A stretch of DNA of 46,530 bases, from assembly GCA_040143965.1 (NCBI GenBank), contig JASJQH010006898.1, forward strand, positions 1 through 46,530, written 5' to 3'. Below, one piece after another: positions 1 through 11,025 of the stretch. This stretch comes from Basidiobolus ranarum. Taxonomy: Eukaryota. A model generated the notes under the pieces. It had not been told where the DNA came from and made no database searches. It saw only the letters and a list, made by a program, of their open reading frames with translations. Every line of letters begins with the position of its first letter. Position 1 is the first letter of the stretch. The position numbers were made by a program, and so were the translations under genes.

Positions 1-42
1 TTTCAATGGTGAGTTGCTTATGGTTAGGGTGTAGCAATATTC

Positions 43-64
43 AATATATATATATATATATATA
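43..64. repeat. (TA)n microsatellite
   Basis: Uninterrupted AT/TA dinucleotide run of about 11 units. Confidence 0.9.
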
Positions 65-1141
65 GAATAGCAGAAAAAGAACATATTGGGGTTAGGGTAA
101 ATAATACTGTATTACCTAGAGTTATTCCTAAACTTCGCACTTAGATTTCGCGCACCACTGCTTTACTTAGGGCTAGTTACTGCTTCACTCAAGAGCAATC
201 AAATAAATGTCTATCTGAACGGTTGAGTTGCCAACTCTAGCCATCCCTATAAAGCGTTTTCCTTTGTATCCCCAAGCGACGATTCTGTACCTATCATTTT
301 TGCACATGATCCCCGAAGCACATATGGATGGTCCAAGAATATGGAAAGCCTTTCTATACCCCTAATCTCGGTATCTGTCCCGCCCCTACACCAACAAGCA
401 ATGATATTGTATGTACTGAATCCTGAGTTTGCTCTCGTTGACTCTGATCAGAGTTGTAACAACGAATATAGCGACAAATGAGTTGGTTCTACTCCATCAC
501 GTTGTATTAGTACCAAGTTGAGTAAATTACCAATGGCCTTGTGCATGAATGTAGGGTTCTTGATTTAACAAGTAAATGGAGACTATTAGGGAAGGTTAGT
601 GGTCAACTTCGGGACTCTGATTCGTGCACCCTGGCAGTAGTAATCCTATACATATATAGTAATCTTATATATATAATAATGGATAAGGCAAAGCTCGGAT
701 ATACTTGGGGTTGAGTTGAAGCTTGCAAAAATTTCTTCCCAAATGTAGTAAATCGAGTATTCAACACTTTATTCAATCGAGTGTTTGTCGGCATTCTAGT
801 ACTCGCTATACATAGCAAATATTTTTATTGTCTAAGTAATTTATTTCAACGCTCGAGAAGAGTTCTTAAGGGAACCTTATCACCGATAAGAGTTGATCCT
901 ACACTCATGATTTGTTATGTAAAGAAGGATAAATTCTCTACAACCAATTAGATACATATTGTTTACCTAATAAGCTATATAAAATAGATCAAGATAACCC
1001 TCTATTCAACTTTGAGTTTGTTTCTACTTACATTCAAGTATTCTTCAAGTATTCCATTTATTGTCACCAATTAGTTTCATTGCGTTGCCGCATCTCATCC
1101 ATTAGCTAACGTCTATTAAGCCTTACAGTACTGATACCTTA

Positions 1142-2527
1142 ATGAGTCAGACGAACAATTCTCCACCTCCTTCCGTTCTACCAGTAGAGTCAGAGCTTCC
1201 AGTAGAAAGCTCTAGTTTAAGTAATGATAATGTTGATCAAGAGGAGTTAAATGCTGAAAATCTCAACTGGGTAAACACTAATTACGACGAGTTTGCAAGT
1301 TTTGATCCTGCTTCGATTTCTCGAAAAACACGAAGACGAACCAATAAGCAGGAGCAGTCCATTCTCGAAACCGCCTTCCAAACCAACCAACGCCCAGATA
1401 TAGCTACCCGTGAGAAACTTGCTAAAGAGCTTGGAATGGGTACCAGAGCTATTCAGATATGGTTTCAGAATAAAAGACAGACTTTGAAGAAAAAGAAAGC
1501 TGAGCCGTTGATTGTGCCTGTTCACTCAGACCAAGAGGAAGATAGTGACGAAAAGGGTCCTGGATTTACAGTGTTAAAAATTTCTGATTGTCGAGTAGTT
1601 AAGCGCCCACAGATATCATGGCCAGAAAATGCTAAAACATCACCTCCATTGAAAGCTGATGTTGAGATTCCCGTGTACCACCGAAAGAAAAGCTGTGGGT
1701 ATCCAAGTCGCGAAGTAGATCTTCAAGAGCATAAACGTAGAAAATCTTTTTCACGCAATATTCCACAACTAAATACAAGTCAACAGTTACTTGTCTCAGA
1801 ATCCACCGCATATGAAAGCGAAGGTGTCCGAGGTTCTATTGAACGACGACGCCTTAGTGACCTCTCTGATTACTCCAATCCACTGCCTCTTACCCCAGAG
1901 ACTCCAAGCACTACTTTCATTGATAAACCCATTCCTTCTTTATCTAAAGGAGCATTTCTACTTTCACCGTCATTTTCCGCAACCTGTGCAACAAATGCAT
2001 TGACAACGATAGAACCTTTGAACTCAACCAACTCACAATCTACCAAAGGAGTATCTTCTGGTTGGAGCCCTGTTCGTTCTCAAGCATACACTCCTCTATC
2101 TCCATTTTCTCATTCACCTCAATCGTTTCAGCTTCCACCAATTACGCCTATTCAAGGGCCTGGAATCTCACCTTTAGCTTATCAACATAACTCGCACACA
2201 AATCCCTCCAGCATGGATCCATTGATATTGCCTCCACCTTTAATTCCAGAGGAAAGTACCCATCATGGAGTATCTGATGGGCATTCACGACACCAACCAT
2301 TACCATCTCTTAGGACTTTGCCAGAGAACCATGACCTTTCTCTGTCACCTTTGGTTCTTAGAGACCCTGCCTCCCCGATGATTCATTTTCCAGGATCCTC
2401 AAGCAAAATGATGACTAACCAAGGCCAGACATCCCCTTTTTTTCTGTCTGACCCAATGGCACCCTTGAGTTTGAAGTTTTCCTCCATCGATGAAGCACAG
2501 AAGGAGAAAATCCGACCACGTGTTTAA
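1142..2527 (+). CDS. Homeodomain transcription factor, Yox1/Yhp1-like, intronless, 461 aa
   Basis: Homeodomain RKTRRRTNKQEQSILETAF...AIQIWFQNKRQTLKKKK with the helix-3 WFQNKR motif. The RRRT and WFQNKRQ features resemble yeast Yox1. Long Ser/Pro-rich C-terminus; TATA-like TATATAAAA near 976. Confidence 0.9.
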   Translation: MSQTNNSPPPSVLPVESELPVESSSLSNDNVDQEELNAENLNWVNTNYDEFASFDPASISRKTRRRTNKQEQSILETAFQTNQRPDIATREKLAKELGMGTRAIQIWFQNKRQTLKKKKAEPLIVPVHSDQEEDSDEKGPGFTVLKISDCRVVKRPQISWPENAKTSPPLKADVEIPVYHRKKSCGYPSREVDLQEHKRRKSFSRNIPQLNTSQQLLVSESTAYESEGVRGSIERRRLSDLSDYSNPLPLTPETPSTTFIDKPIPSLSKGAFLLSPSFSATCATNALTTIEPLNSTNSQSTKGVSSGWSPVRSQAYTPLSPFSHSPQSFQLPPITPIQGPGISPLAYQHNSHTNPSSMDPLILPPPLIPEESTHHGVSDGHSRHQPLPSLRTLPENHDLSLSPLVLRDPASPMIHFPGSSSKMMTNQGQTSPFFLSDPMAPLSLKFSSIDEAQKEKIRPRV

Positions 2528-2864
2528 GTGAATCGATACCATACTCTTAGAGATTCTCTTCGTATATACGCGTGTTTTGATTCATTTGTTTTATATTTCA
2601 TGAGCACAATTCATTTTCTATGTAACATAAATTTACCCACTTACTATTGGACCAACTTATTGATATTGAACTGGGTCTTTGTGATATTCAGAAGTAACCA
2701 CAGAAGTAACCATTTGACATCTGGCAAAAGAGGAAATAATGAGCCACTGCCACTGTATGCAGTGTAATCATCAGATTAGGTGGTGTGAGGAATTGTGGAA
2801 TGATCTCTCAACGCCAAGATTCAAGAAAGAAAACGAACCAAATTTAATGATTTCTTTAATGATT

Positions 2865-3883
2865 TCAATTGTACATGGGGAATGAGTTTGGATAACATGT
2901 TTGATTTGGGATGTTTGGGTTCATACTACTTTTAACCAGATCATCGCATATTTCTAAATGTTCTAAGTTGGAGGCTACCACTTCTGACCAAACTGCCTTG
3001 GTTGCTACTTGTCCAACCGTTGGATATGATTTGGGAGGTGGATACCAAGTGGTGATTGACTTTGGTGGTTCATTCTTTTCATTGAATGCGGAATGGAATG
3101 GTTCAGAGGTAGGGTGAGATTGTACTTTACAATGCTGTGGTCTATCTTGACTTGTTCGTCTTACCCATATAAATCTTTTCACAAATGGGGTTAGATTTCG
3201 AATGATTTTCACGTCGTTATCAACATGTACGTATGAGTTCAGATTCCTAGCTATATATTCTTTTCCTTCTGGACTTTGACAAAATACAAGACGACTTCGT
3301 TCGATAGAGTCATTCTCCCCAGGTTTAGAGGGTTGAAATAATCCTGCTGAAGTAAATAAGTGAATTATTTGGAGACGTTCTTCCGGACTTGATACCTGCA
3401 TCAAAAGATACATGTCATATAGCTTGGCAAAAGAACGCACCATTGGTACTGTTCCTTCCAAAAAAGCGTAATTTGGAGTGGTTGGGTCTGGAAAAGGATT
3501 CCACACAATAACCTGTAATAAAAAGATAGTTGAAGTTAGAAAAGAAAAGAGTTGAAAGTGATTTTTTAAAATACTTACATTCTTTAAGGATAGAGTCATA
3601 ATGGGTTTGTTTTTGGATATAGGGTCAAGTAATTTGGTCAGAGAACTTCTACGTCGTTGAACCTGTGAAGTACAATGAAATATGAGTAACCTAGTTAAAG
3701 GACTATAAAAACTTCTAGAATACCTACCTCATGAACTAAACTAACGATTTCTTGGTCCTCTGGTAGTAATTCTTCTTTGTGACTGCATGTACTAGTATAC
3801 CACCAATATATACCTGAAGCTACGACAACAATGCCTGAAGCTAATGAAGAAAGTAGAGCGGTTCTCGGCGATACGCGTCCCAT
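2865..3883 (-). CDS. PEX22: Peroxin Pex22-like (plant-type) N-anchored membrane protein, 3 exons
   Basis: Exons 3883-3728, 3662-3579 and 3512-2865 join in frame via GT-AG introns. N-terminal TM (LLSSLASGIVVVASGIYWWY). Soluble domain YDMYLLMQV..AGLF..RLVFCQSPEGKEYIARNLNSYVHVDND parallels plant PEX22 (DLYLM..AGVF..KVLFCSTE.GR.SFVRQLEPDWHIDT). Confidence 0.75.
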
Positions 3884-4702
3884 AATATTAAGTACTTTGG
3901 AAAGAGATTTGATAGTATTAGGTTGATACTAAAGAAACAATAAGAAAGGAAAGAAGGTGTATGGCAAATATGGCAAGTGTATACAAAAGGGTCTCAAAAA
4001 CAAGCAATTATAGCACAGGCTAGAGTGAATACCACCGAGAAAGCGGAGAAAGTCAGAGATAAATAGAGAAAAATGCAAAGCCAATGAACGAAACTGTTAC
4101 TGTTTCATTAAATCATCTTCACATGTGTTAATAGAAAGTTGACACAACGACTGGTGACTTGGAAATTTAGATGTTTGGTAATCAATCATATTTTCCCATT
4201 AAGTTAAACTATTCTAATTTGGTTCATTTTCGAGAAAAAAAGGTCACAAGAGCACCTCTCCTGCTGATTATCTGAAGTCCCACATTATGTTGGAACCCAT
4301 GACCGGTTATAACCGAAATTACTACGAATGATGGACCCTGAGCCGTTTATCCATATCGGTGTTTGAAATTACGTAAATTGACCTCATCAATTATATAAAT
4401 TACATTCATAAATCATTCCCGAGAATATTTATTTCTACGTAAATTAAGATTAACATATATATATATAGATTATTAATACGAGCAAGTGAAATGTAGTGCA
4501 AGTAATTGTCTGGAGTTGTAACTAATGCTTTAATAAACTGAGAGTGATAAAGAATCAAAAGGGGATGTTTTGATAATACAGGTTTTGAATGAAGTGAGAA
4601 GAAGCCAAGACAGAGAGATTCAATCTTGGATTAAGTCATTTGGTAAGTATACAAAGGTGTGTATGGGAATTAACTAAAGATTGAACATGAGAACCGTGAA
4701 GA

Positions 4703-6108
4703 TCAACGTGACTTAAGGTAACGAGAGTTTGTACGGCGTGGAGTATTTCGTGGTCTAGTGGGTTGATGAACGGGCTCGTTCTGTAGATAATATTGATAAT
4801 CGTGACGGGTTCGGGAACGCAAGAATCCAAACGCAAAGTTGGATAGAAATAAAGAACCAAAGATCAACAAGGTAAAGAATACCTATTTACATAGACTCAT
4901 TAATATTGATACAACCTATAATATAGAAATCCAATGTTTACCATCGTTTTGTAAGATATTGGCTCGACAAAATTGTTCAAAATCTCGGCAAATGTCTCAG
5001 CAGATACTTTAGCTCTATATTTAAAGGTCAATTAAGATACATACTTCATATGGTTGTGATCTCAATAAAAACTTTACCTTCCAATGACTGTGGGATCTCG
5101 TCTCATGCAAGTTTCCCAAGTGTTGCATAAATCCTTCAGTCCAGGCAAACGGCTTTCAGCGGGAGCGCACTGATTAGCGATGTAGTCATGAGAGCATTTT
5201 CCTATTTCTTCAAGAATGGCTATCATGGAAATTAATACGCGTTTTGGATTTTTCAATACAAGTTGAAAAGTGTGTACCCATTGAGTATTCTTCCACTTTT
5301 ATATCGATATCTCTTTGTACGGTGTATATAAACTGCAAAATAATGTATAGAATGACTGCAATCAGAAATAGATTGAAGAACAATTGAAGCCACCTGTGAT
5401 AGAAGAGTTTTAACATAAGAAAGCAAAATATATATTATCGAAGCATAGCCCATACCCTGAGATTATATAAGGCATATCAGCATTATAAGCGACTCCATCC
5501 AACAGTGAATTACCGGACAGTAACTACAATTACGTTGCAGATTAATAAAACGATCTTCCTAAAATCCTTGAACGAGCTAATACAAACCTCATGTTCTCCT
5601 TCACTCTCACTTAAATCTGAGGCAGAAACACTTCTCCGGTATTTATTGTCCTCTGCTTTCCGCTTTCTCAAGGATCGCTTCGTTAATTGGACTGCGCGTG
5701 TTTTAACATCCACTTCATCCGTAGGTGACGCATAACTCTCACTATCGTGCTCTTCAGATACAGATTTTGATAAACCAATAGGTTCAGTTCTATTCGGTGT
5801 AGTTGGGGTACCGGAATTAAATACAAAGTTCATGTTGGAAAGAGGTTGTCTCACAGGTGTGGAAAATAAGCCTCCATTCTGTGAAGCTACAGTGGGAAAA
5901 CATAAAACTTGGTTATTTTTGGTGAAAGAATGGTAGATTAGGAATATACTGATTGATATGTATGAGCAAGAAAAAAATTCTAAGAAATGGTAATACATTG
6001 ATCTTTAGTCGGCTTCTTACTAGGCGAAAAGACATCGTCCGTCAGAGGTTTTGGAGATTGGTATTCGAATTCCATAGGAGATTCATTAGTCCTTACAGCG
6101 AAACTCAT
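4703..6108 (-). CDS. BRR6: Nuclear envelope protein of the Brr6/Brl1 family, multi-exon
   Basis: Spliced product has N-terminal ESPMEFEY, PYIISGWLQLFFNLFL (TM1), the four-Cys lumenal domain C..DY..N.C..RLP.L..C..WE.CM.RDP, SAETFAEILNNFVEPISYKT, and TM2. Confidence 0.9.
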
Positions 6109-6682
6109 ACTACACTATCAAAATCAATATGGATTCGGAGTACTTTTGAGCAAAAACAAGGTGTATGAGGTTTTTAGAAACACTAAGTAAATACCCAACT
6201 AGGACGTAAAAAGAAAAAGGAAACTACGATCACTGTAAATAAACTTAACCCAAGTTTTTGTTTTTAGAGAGACTGAAATGATAACATTAAATCTAAAGCT
6301 TAAACCAATCAAAAACTTTGTTTGAATATATATTGAAGTAAATAACATGTTGATGATACTTGGTTAGAGCTTGTAATAAAGGACGATTTCAAATCAATAG
6401 AACATTTTATTGTCATCTACGTTAATTTCTGCAACTGGTTCTTTACCATCTTTACATATAGCAGAGAAACTTTCATTTTGATTGGTTAGTGATTAGCAAC
6501 TGTCCAACTTGAAGCTACAGGTTACTTAATATACAAATTAGCTTCACCAGCTTGAATAAAATACACTAATGATTAACCAGAGTATGTCACTATTCTTTAC
6601 CAAATAGAGTCACATCTGATTCTATGATTATGTTTCGTACTTCATACAGAAATTGAATCAACAGCGAGATATAAATGTTTAT

Positions 6683-7347
6683 TTAGTTGGATAGATTGAT
6701 TACTCCAAGGAAGCCAGCAGCTAATAATTATAAACCAGTTTAGAATATCATGAACTCAGAAGACATTTAATATAAAAACTTACAAACTAAAATGATAGTC
6801 ATCAAAGGCTTCATTGGTCCTGCTAGCGATGGAAGACCTGCTCGTTGAATGACTTTTTGACGATATCTCCATGAGGCACCAGCTACGCTGAATAGAGCTG
6901 CTGACCCAAGAAAACGGCTAGAAAACTTTGACTGTTCCATGATTAATTCTCCAGTTTTCTCGTCAAAACCAACTGGTACTTCTTCGTCTCCACTTAAACC
7001 AGCAAACCCACGTCTTAGCGAATGACCCTTTAAATAGTTTAGTATATAAATCCATGCTGGACATACAAAGTGTGAATGTGTTTTACAATAGATACACCGG
7101 TAGGACTTGCCGCCATTTTGCTAAAGAAACCTACTGAAAAAATATAATAAACATTCAGTTAGTTGACTGAATGAGAATAAAACCATGAACTTCGCCTATT
7201 ACCAGGTTGTTCTGGAACAGGTGAGTCCGACAGAGCATTCGTAGGTGAGTATGCTTGAGTAACATGAGGACGAGTTTGCTGATAAACCGTTCCAGTAGCA
7301 CTATGAGCGGTAGTAGGGCGAGAGTTGGCTGTTGAATCGTGGTTCAT
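6683..7347 (-). CDS. Small hypothetical protein with two C-terminal hydrophobic segments, about 4 exons
   Basis: ATG at 7347. GT-AG introns give MNHDSTANS...GFFSKMAASPTGGHSLRRGFAGLSGDEEVPVGFDEKTGELIMEQSKFSSRFLGSAALFSVAGASWRYRQK...LMTIILVSAGFLGVINLSN*. No family recognised; the intron 2 boundaries are uncertain. Confidence 0.6.
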
Positions 7348-7746
7348 AACAATTACTTAACAGGTACAAATATTTAATACTGTTGATATAAAACTAAAGA
7401 GCTAAGATAAATTATTTCTCCAAGAATAAATTTGCTTCCGGAACCATACGTTACCAAAACTCATTTAGCAATTAGTATATGAAGCTACATAAATTACGAT
7501 AGCTAAACCATGGATTTATTATCATCTAACTTAACAAAGTAACTTTGAAGTTAACGTTTCTAACATGTATATTATATTATAGTATATGCCAATATCAAGC
7601 GACGTAATTCCGACAGTTATCGATGATAGACGTGAAGGGCACAAACACCAACTCGGCCAATATTCGATCTTTATCGAGAAGTTTCTCTACCATACCTAAG
7701 ATATGAAGTCAACAGCTAATTCAAGGTTATATGCTACATGGTTGAT

Positions 7747-10643
7747 TTAATTCTTTTTGGTTCGTGGGAACGATATTTTGACAAAAGATCCAGGTTGCTC
7801 TTCGATGGGTTGAACAAGTCCAAGAAATTGAAACTCGCAGAATGATTGATTGAATCGCGCTCTGGATATGTGGTTAGTTAGACTACTACAGAGATATCTA
7901 TGTAAGAGTGATGTACCTTAGCTCTGGCTCACCGTAAGTGGTTTGTTGATTTGCAATTCCTTGGAAGGCAAAGTACCAGTCATCTAAAAAGATGGACTCT
8001 GAGCTTTCGGAATATATCTTATAAAGTATACATGTATCATGCTGTGTAGGGCTGAATTCATCATTACAGCAATTGCAGTTAATATAGGAACTAGGATGTT
8101 CCATTCCACTTTTCAAGAATTTCAGATAATCGGGATTGAGATTCTGGTGCAGCCATTTAACAGGATGTGAGATACAACGCAAAAGTCGAGATGAAAGAAA
8201 ACCCACTAACCCATTCTAGAACTTCTCTGTTGGAGAAGTAAAACAACTCATATAAAGGCATATGTTCATAGCATATGAAGCTTTCCCTTTGCAATGGTGT
8301 TAGAGTTGTTATTAGTAGCCAGTAAAAGCAACTACATACCTGAGCAATCGTGCACAAAAATCGTGCACTCTATGAATCACGGATTCCTCACCATTTTCTT
8401 GCTGCCCATCTTCATTCTCCATCAAATCCTTTTGTGAACTCTCGTTTAACTTGGTTAGTTCTTCTAAATCATTTTTAAAGATATCGGAAACTTGAGGTGT
8501 TGTGCTAAGAAATTCTTGAAACTGCTTCAAGAATGTGCAGAGTGCCTCGTTCTTCATAGCGCTAGAAAAGGTTTCTTAAATTAGATAATCATAATGCAGG
8601 AACTATAGAATCATTCTTACTTCAGTAAGGTGAGAAGCAATTTTATATGTCGAGCGTCGGATAGGTTAGAACTTAGGCCCTCTAAGTACAGTAGATATAG
8701 AGGCTTTTTAAAAGTTCTTGCGCTGATGGCATCCTGTAGTAGACTGACACACTTTATTCCGACATAATAGCGGATGTTATGTTCCTCGAATTCTTTGATA
8801 AAATCAGGTATCCGGGAAATCATGTAATCATCATCCTCGAGTAGTCGGATGACTTCTTGGCCATCCTGAATACACTCTAGGTATCTGAAGGAAAGTCAAT
8901 ATTTAATCTGATGGGAGACATTCGAAGCGTATCACATACCTTCGAAAAGAGGGCTGCATGCGGAGTATTTCTAAGTGATCGTCAGATATCATGTGCATGT
9001 CAGGAAAATCGTCTTTGTCAAGGGAAAATATGCAAAGAGGATTGGAGTAGTATTGAGTCATCACCGAATACTAAACCATGTTCTTTAGTCTCGTCTGAAG
9101 TGGAAAAAGCTGACAAAGTTTGATGGTTACCTTGATATGATTACTGAAGCCTCTTATAGATAACTTTTGGTTTGATATTAAATCAATTAGGAGTTTAAAC
9201 GGGCCCAGCCCCAGTTTGAAACCGTTGGGATCGAATATAAAAATCTAATATGTGTTGTCAGTGAATGCATAGGTACGTAGAGGCTATAAACCATTCATAT
9301 CACTCACCTCCTCCAATGCATAGCCCAAGAATTTGGTTGTATTGGGCACAGAAAAATCTTCAATATACAGTGACTTTGCTAGGTCAGAAGTGAGATTGGA
9401 AACCAAGTCTTTTCCGGGGACTGTAGTACATATCAGGACCGAGAGGGGAATTTGACCTAACGAGCTTCTATTGTGGGATAATATTGATTAGCTGATATCA
9501 AAGGCATATTAAATGCAATCTTACGTACTTGAATGCTCCCAGAAACTCCTCAATTCGACAACAATCAGACGGATGAGCGTTAATCAGTACAACTAGATTC
9601 TCGTACCCTAAATATAATGAATGTACTTGAGTCAATGCACTATTCTAAAAGAGTTAGTAATGCTCGAGACCAACCATTGTTCTTCTTCTTAGTTTTGACT
9701 TTTCTTTTGTACCACTCAGTCAAACTTAGGTTGGTTGAAGCGCTGGTTGGGAACTTCTTTAGTAACTCCTAGTAAATACCAGATTGGATCAGAGTCAGTA
9801 GATCTAGAAGGTCTGCTCTTATAAATACATTTTTGTTAGGCGAGGATTCAAACTGGCCAATGATTGTTTTGATTGCTGTTGTCGTGTCAAGTAGATAGCT
9901 AAGATCAATCGTTGCAACAAGGGTTCGATGCTTCTCACGGAGGTTTTTGGCAATATCATTCATTATAAATTCATTGTCTTCTATATACTCTGTACTCGAT
10001 CTTATTTTTTAGTATACAATAGACTAACCGTAAATCAAATACTTTCCAATATTTACCTGTAGTTATAAAGCCAACAGGTAATCTAGGATGATGAATAGTA
10101 AATTAGACAGTGATCAAGGGGGTTTTGGTGCAAGTGAATTCCTACCTGAGTGGTTTGGTATTTGAATTGCTGTTTTGGGTAAACTCGTAAAGTTTCCTAA
10201 CACTGTAGCAATTATATTGCGCATAAGTGTACTAAAAATACGTAAGTATTTCTGAAGGTTTGAGTAAAATGCCGTTTGGTAGAAATACCTCAATCTTATT
10301 TTTGGTCAAAGACCAGGTCTTGAGATAACGCTGATATCTAAACTTGACATTCCCCCAAGCCTCTCGTCCACCCAAAAGTTTACGAAAGCCTTCGAATTCA
10401 AAGTGTGACACTCCATCCTCAATACGACACTCTAAAAACGAAAAGAAAATGAATATCACGGTTTTCACTTTAGGTGTGTAGGTGGTTTAGGTTTACCTTT
10501 CTTCTGTGGAGGATGGATCAAAGTACAGCTCTTTGTAGTATAGCGAACGGGATTATTATTGTCAACATCGTTTGGAAGATTAACTTGAGTAGAATTGAAC
10601 AAACCTCAAAATCAGATTCGAATAGTTCGCGATTTCGTCTCAT
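7747..10643 (-). CDS. ORC3: Origin recognition complex subunit 3, about 14 exons
   Basis: Exons spliced in frame give LPVGFITT, LTEWY, YYSNPLCIF..HLEILRMQPSFRRYLE, MPLYELFYFSN, HPSSYINCNCC, and the winged-helix end DTCILYKIYSES..DWYFAF..ARFNQSFCEFQFLGLVQP, all ORC3 hallmarks. Confidence 0.85.
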
Positions 10644-11025
10644 GTTGAGCGAGCCCTAGTGTAAAGGCTTTGTAACAACAAACTGAAGTTTTAAATTCCA
10701 GATATATTGAACTGCCATCAAAATAATCAAATAATAATTGTTTACATAAAATCAGCACATACAAAATCTATGGAAGAACTATCAAGGATCTAAATCAAAC
10801 ACTATTTAATCTTTTGAGTCCTAAACCTCATCCGCAGACGATGAGTAAATCTGACATGCTTTATATATGCCATTAGCAACAGTGCTACGGATGCATTTTG
10901 GCTAGCTAGGATAATGTTTGAGAGTCATTGGCCAATATCGAATTTCCTGACTATTTCATAGAATTCCCATATTCGCATGCCAGATATATAAGCCAAGATG
11001 AATGTGTTACTGCTACCAAATAACC

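Noticed and set aside
1142-2527. Homeobox gene as part of a mating-type locus
   Set aside because: No divergent HD partner, HMG gene or typical flanking genes; the domain looks Yox1-like.
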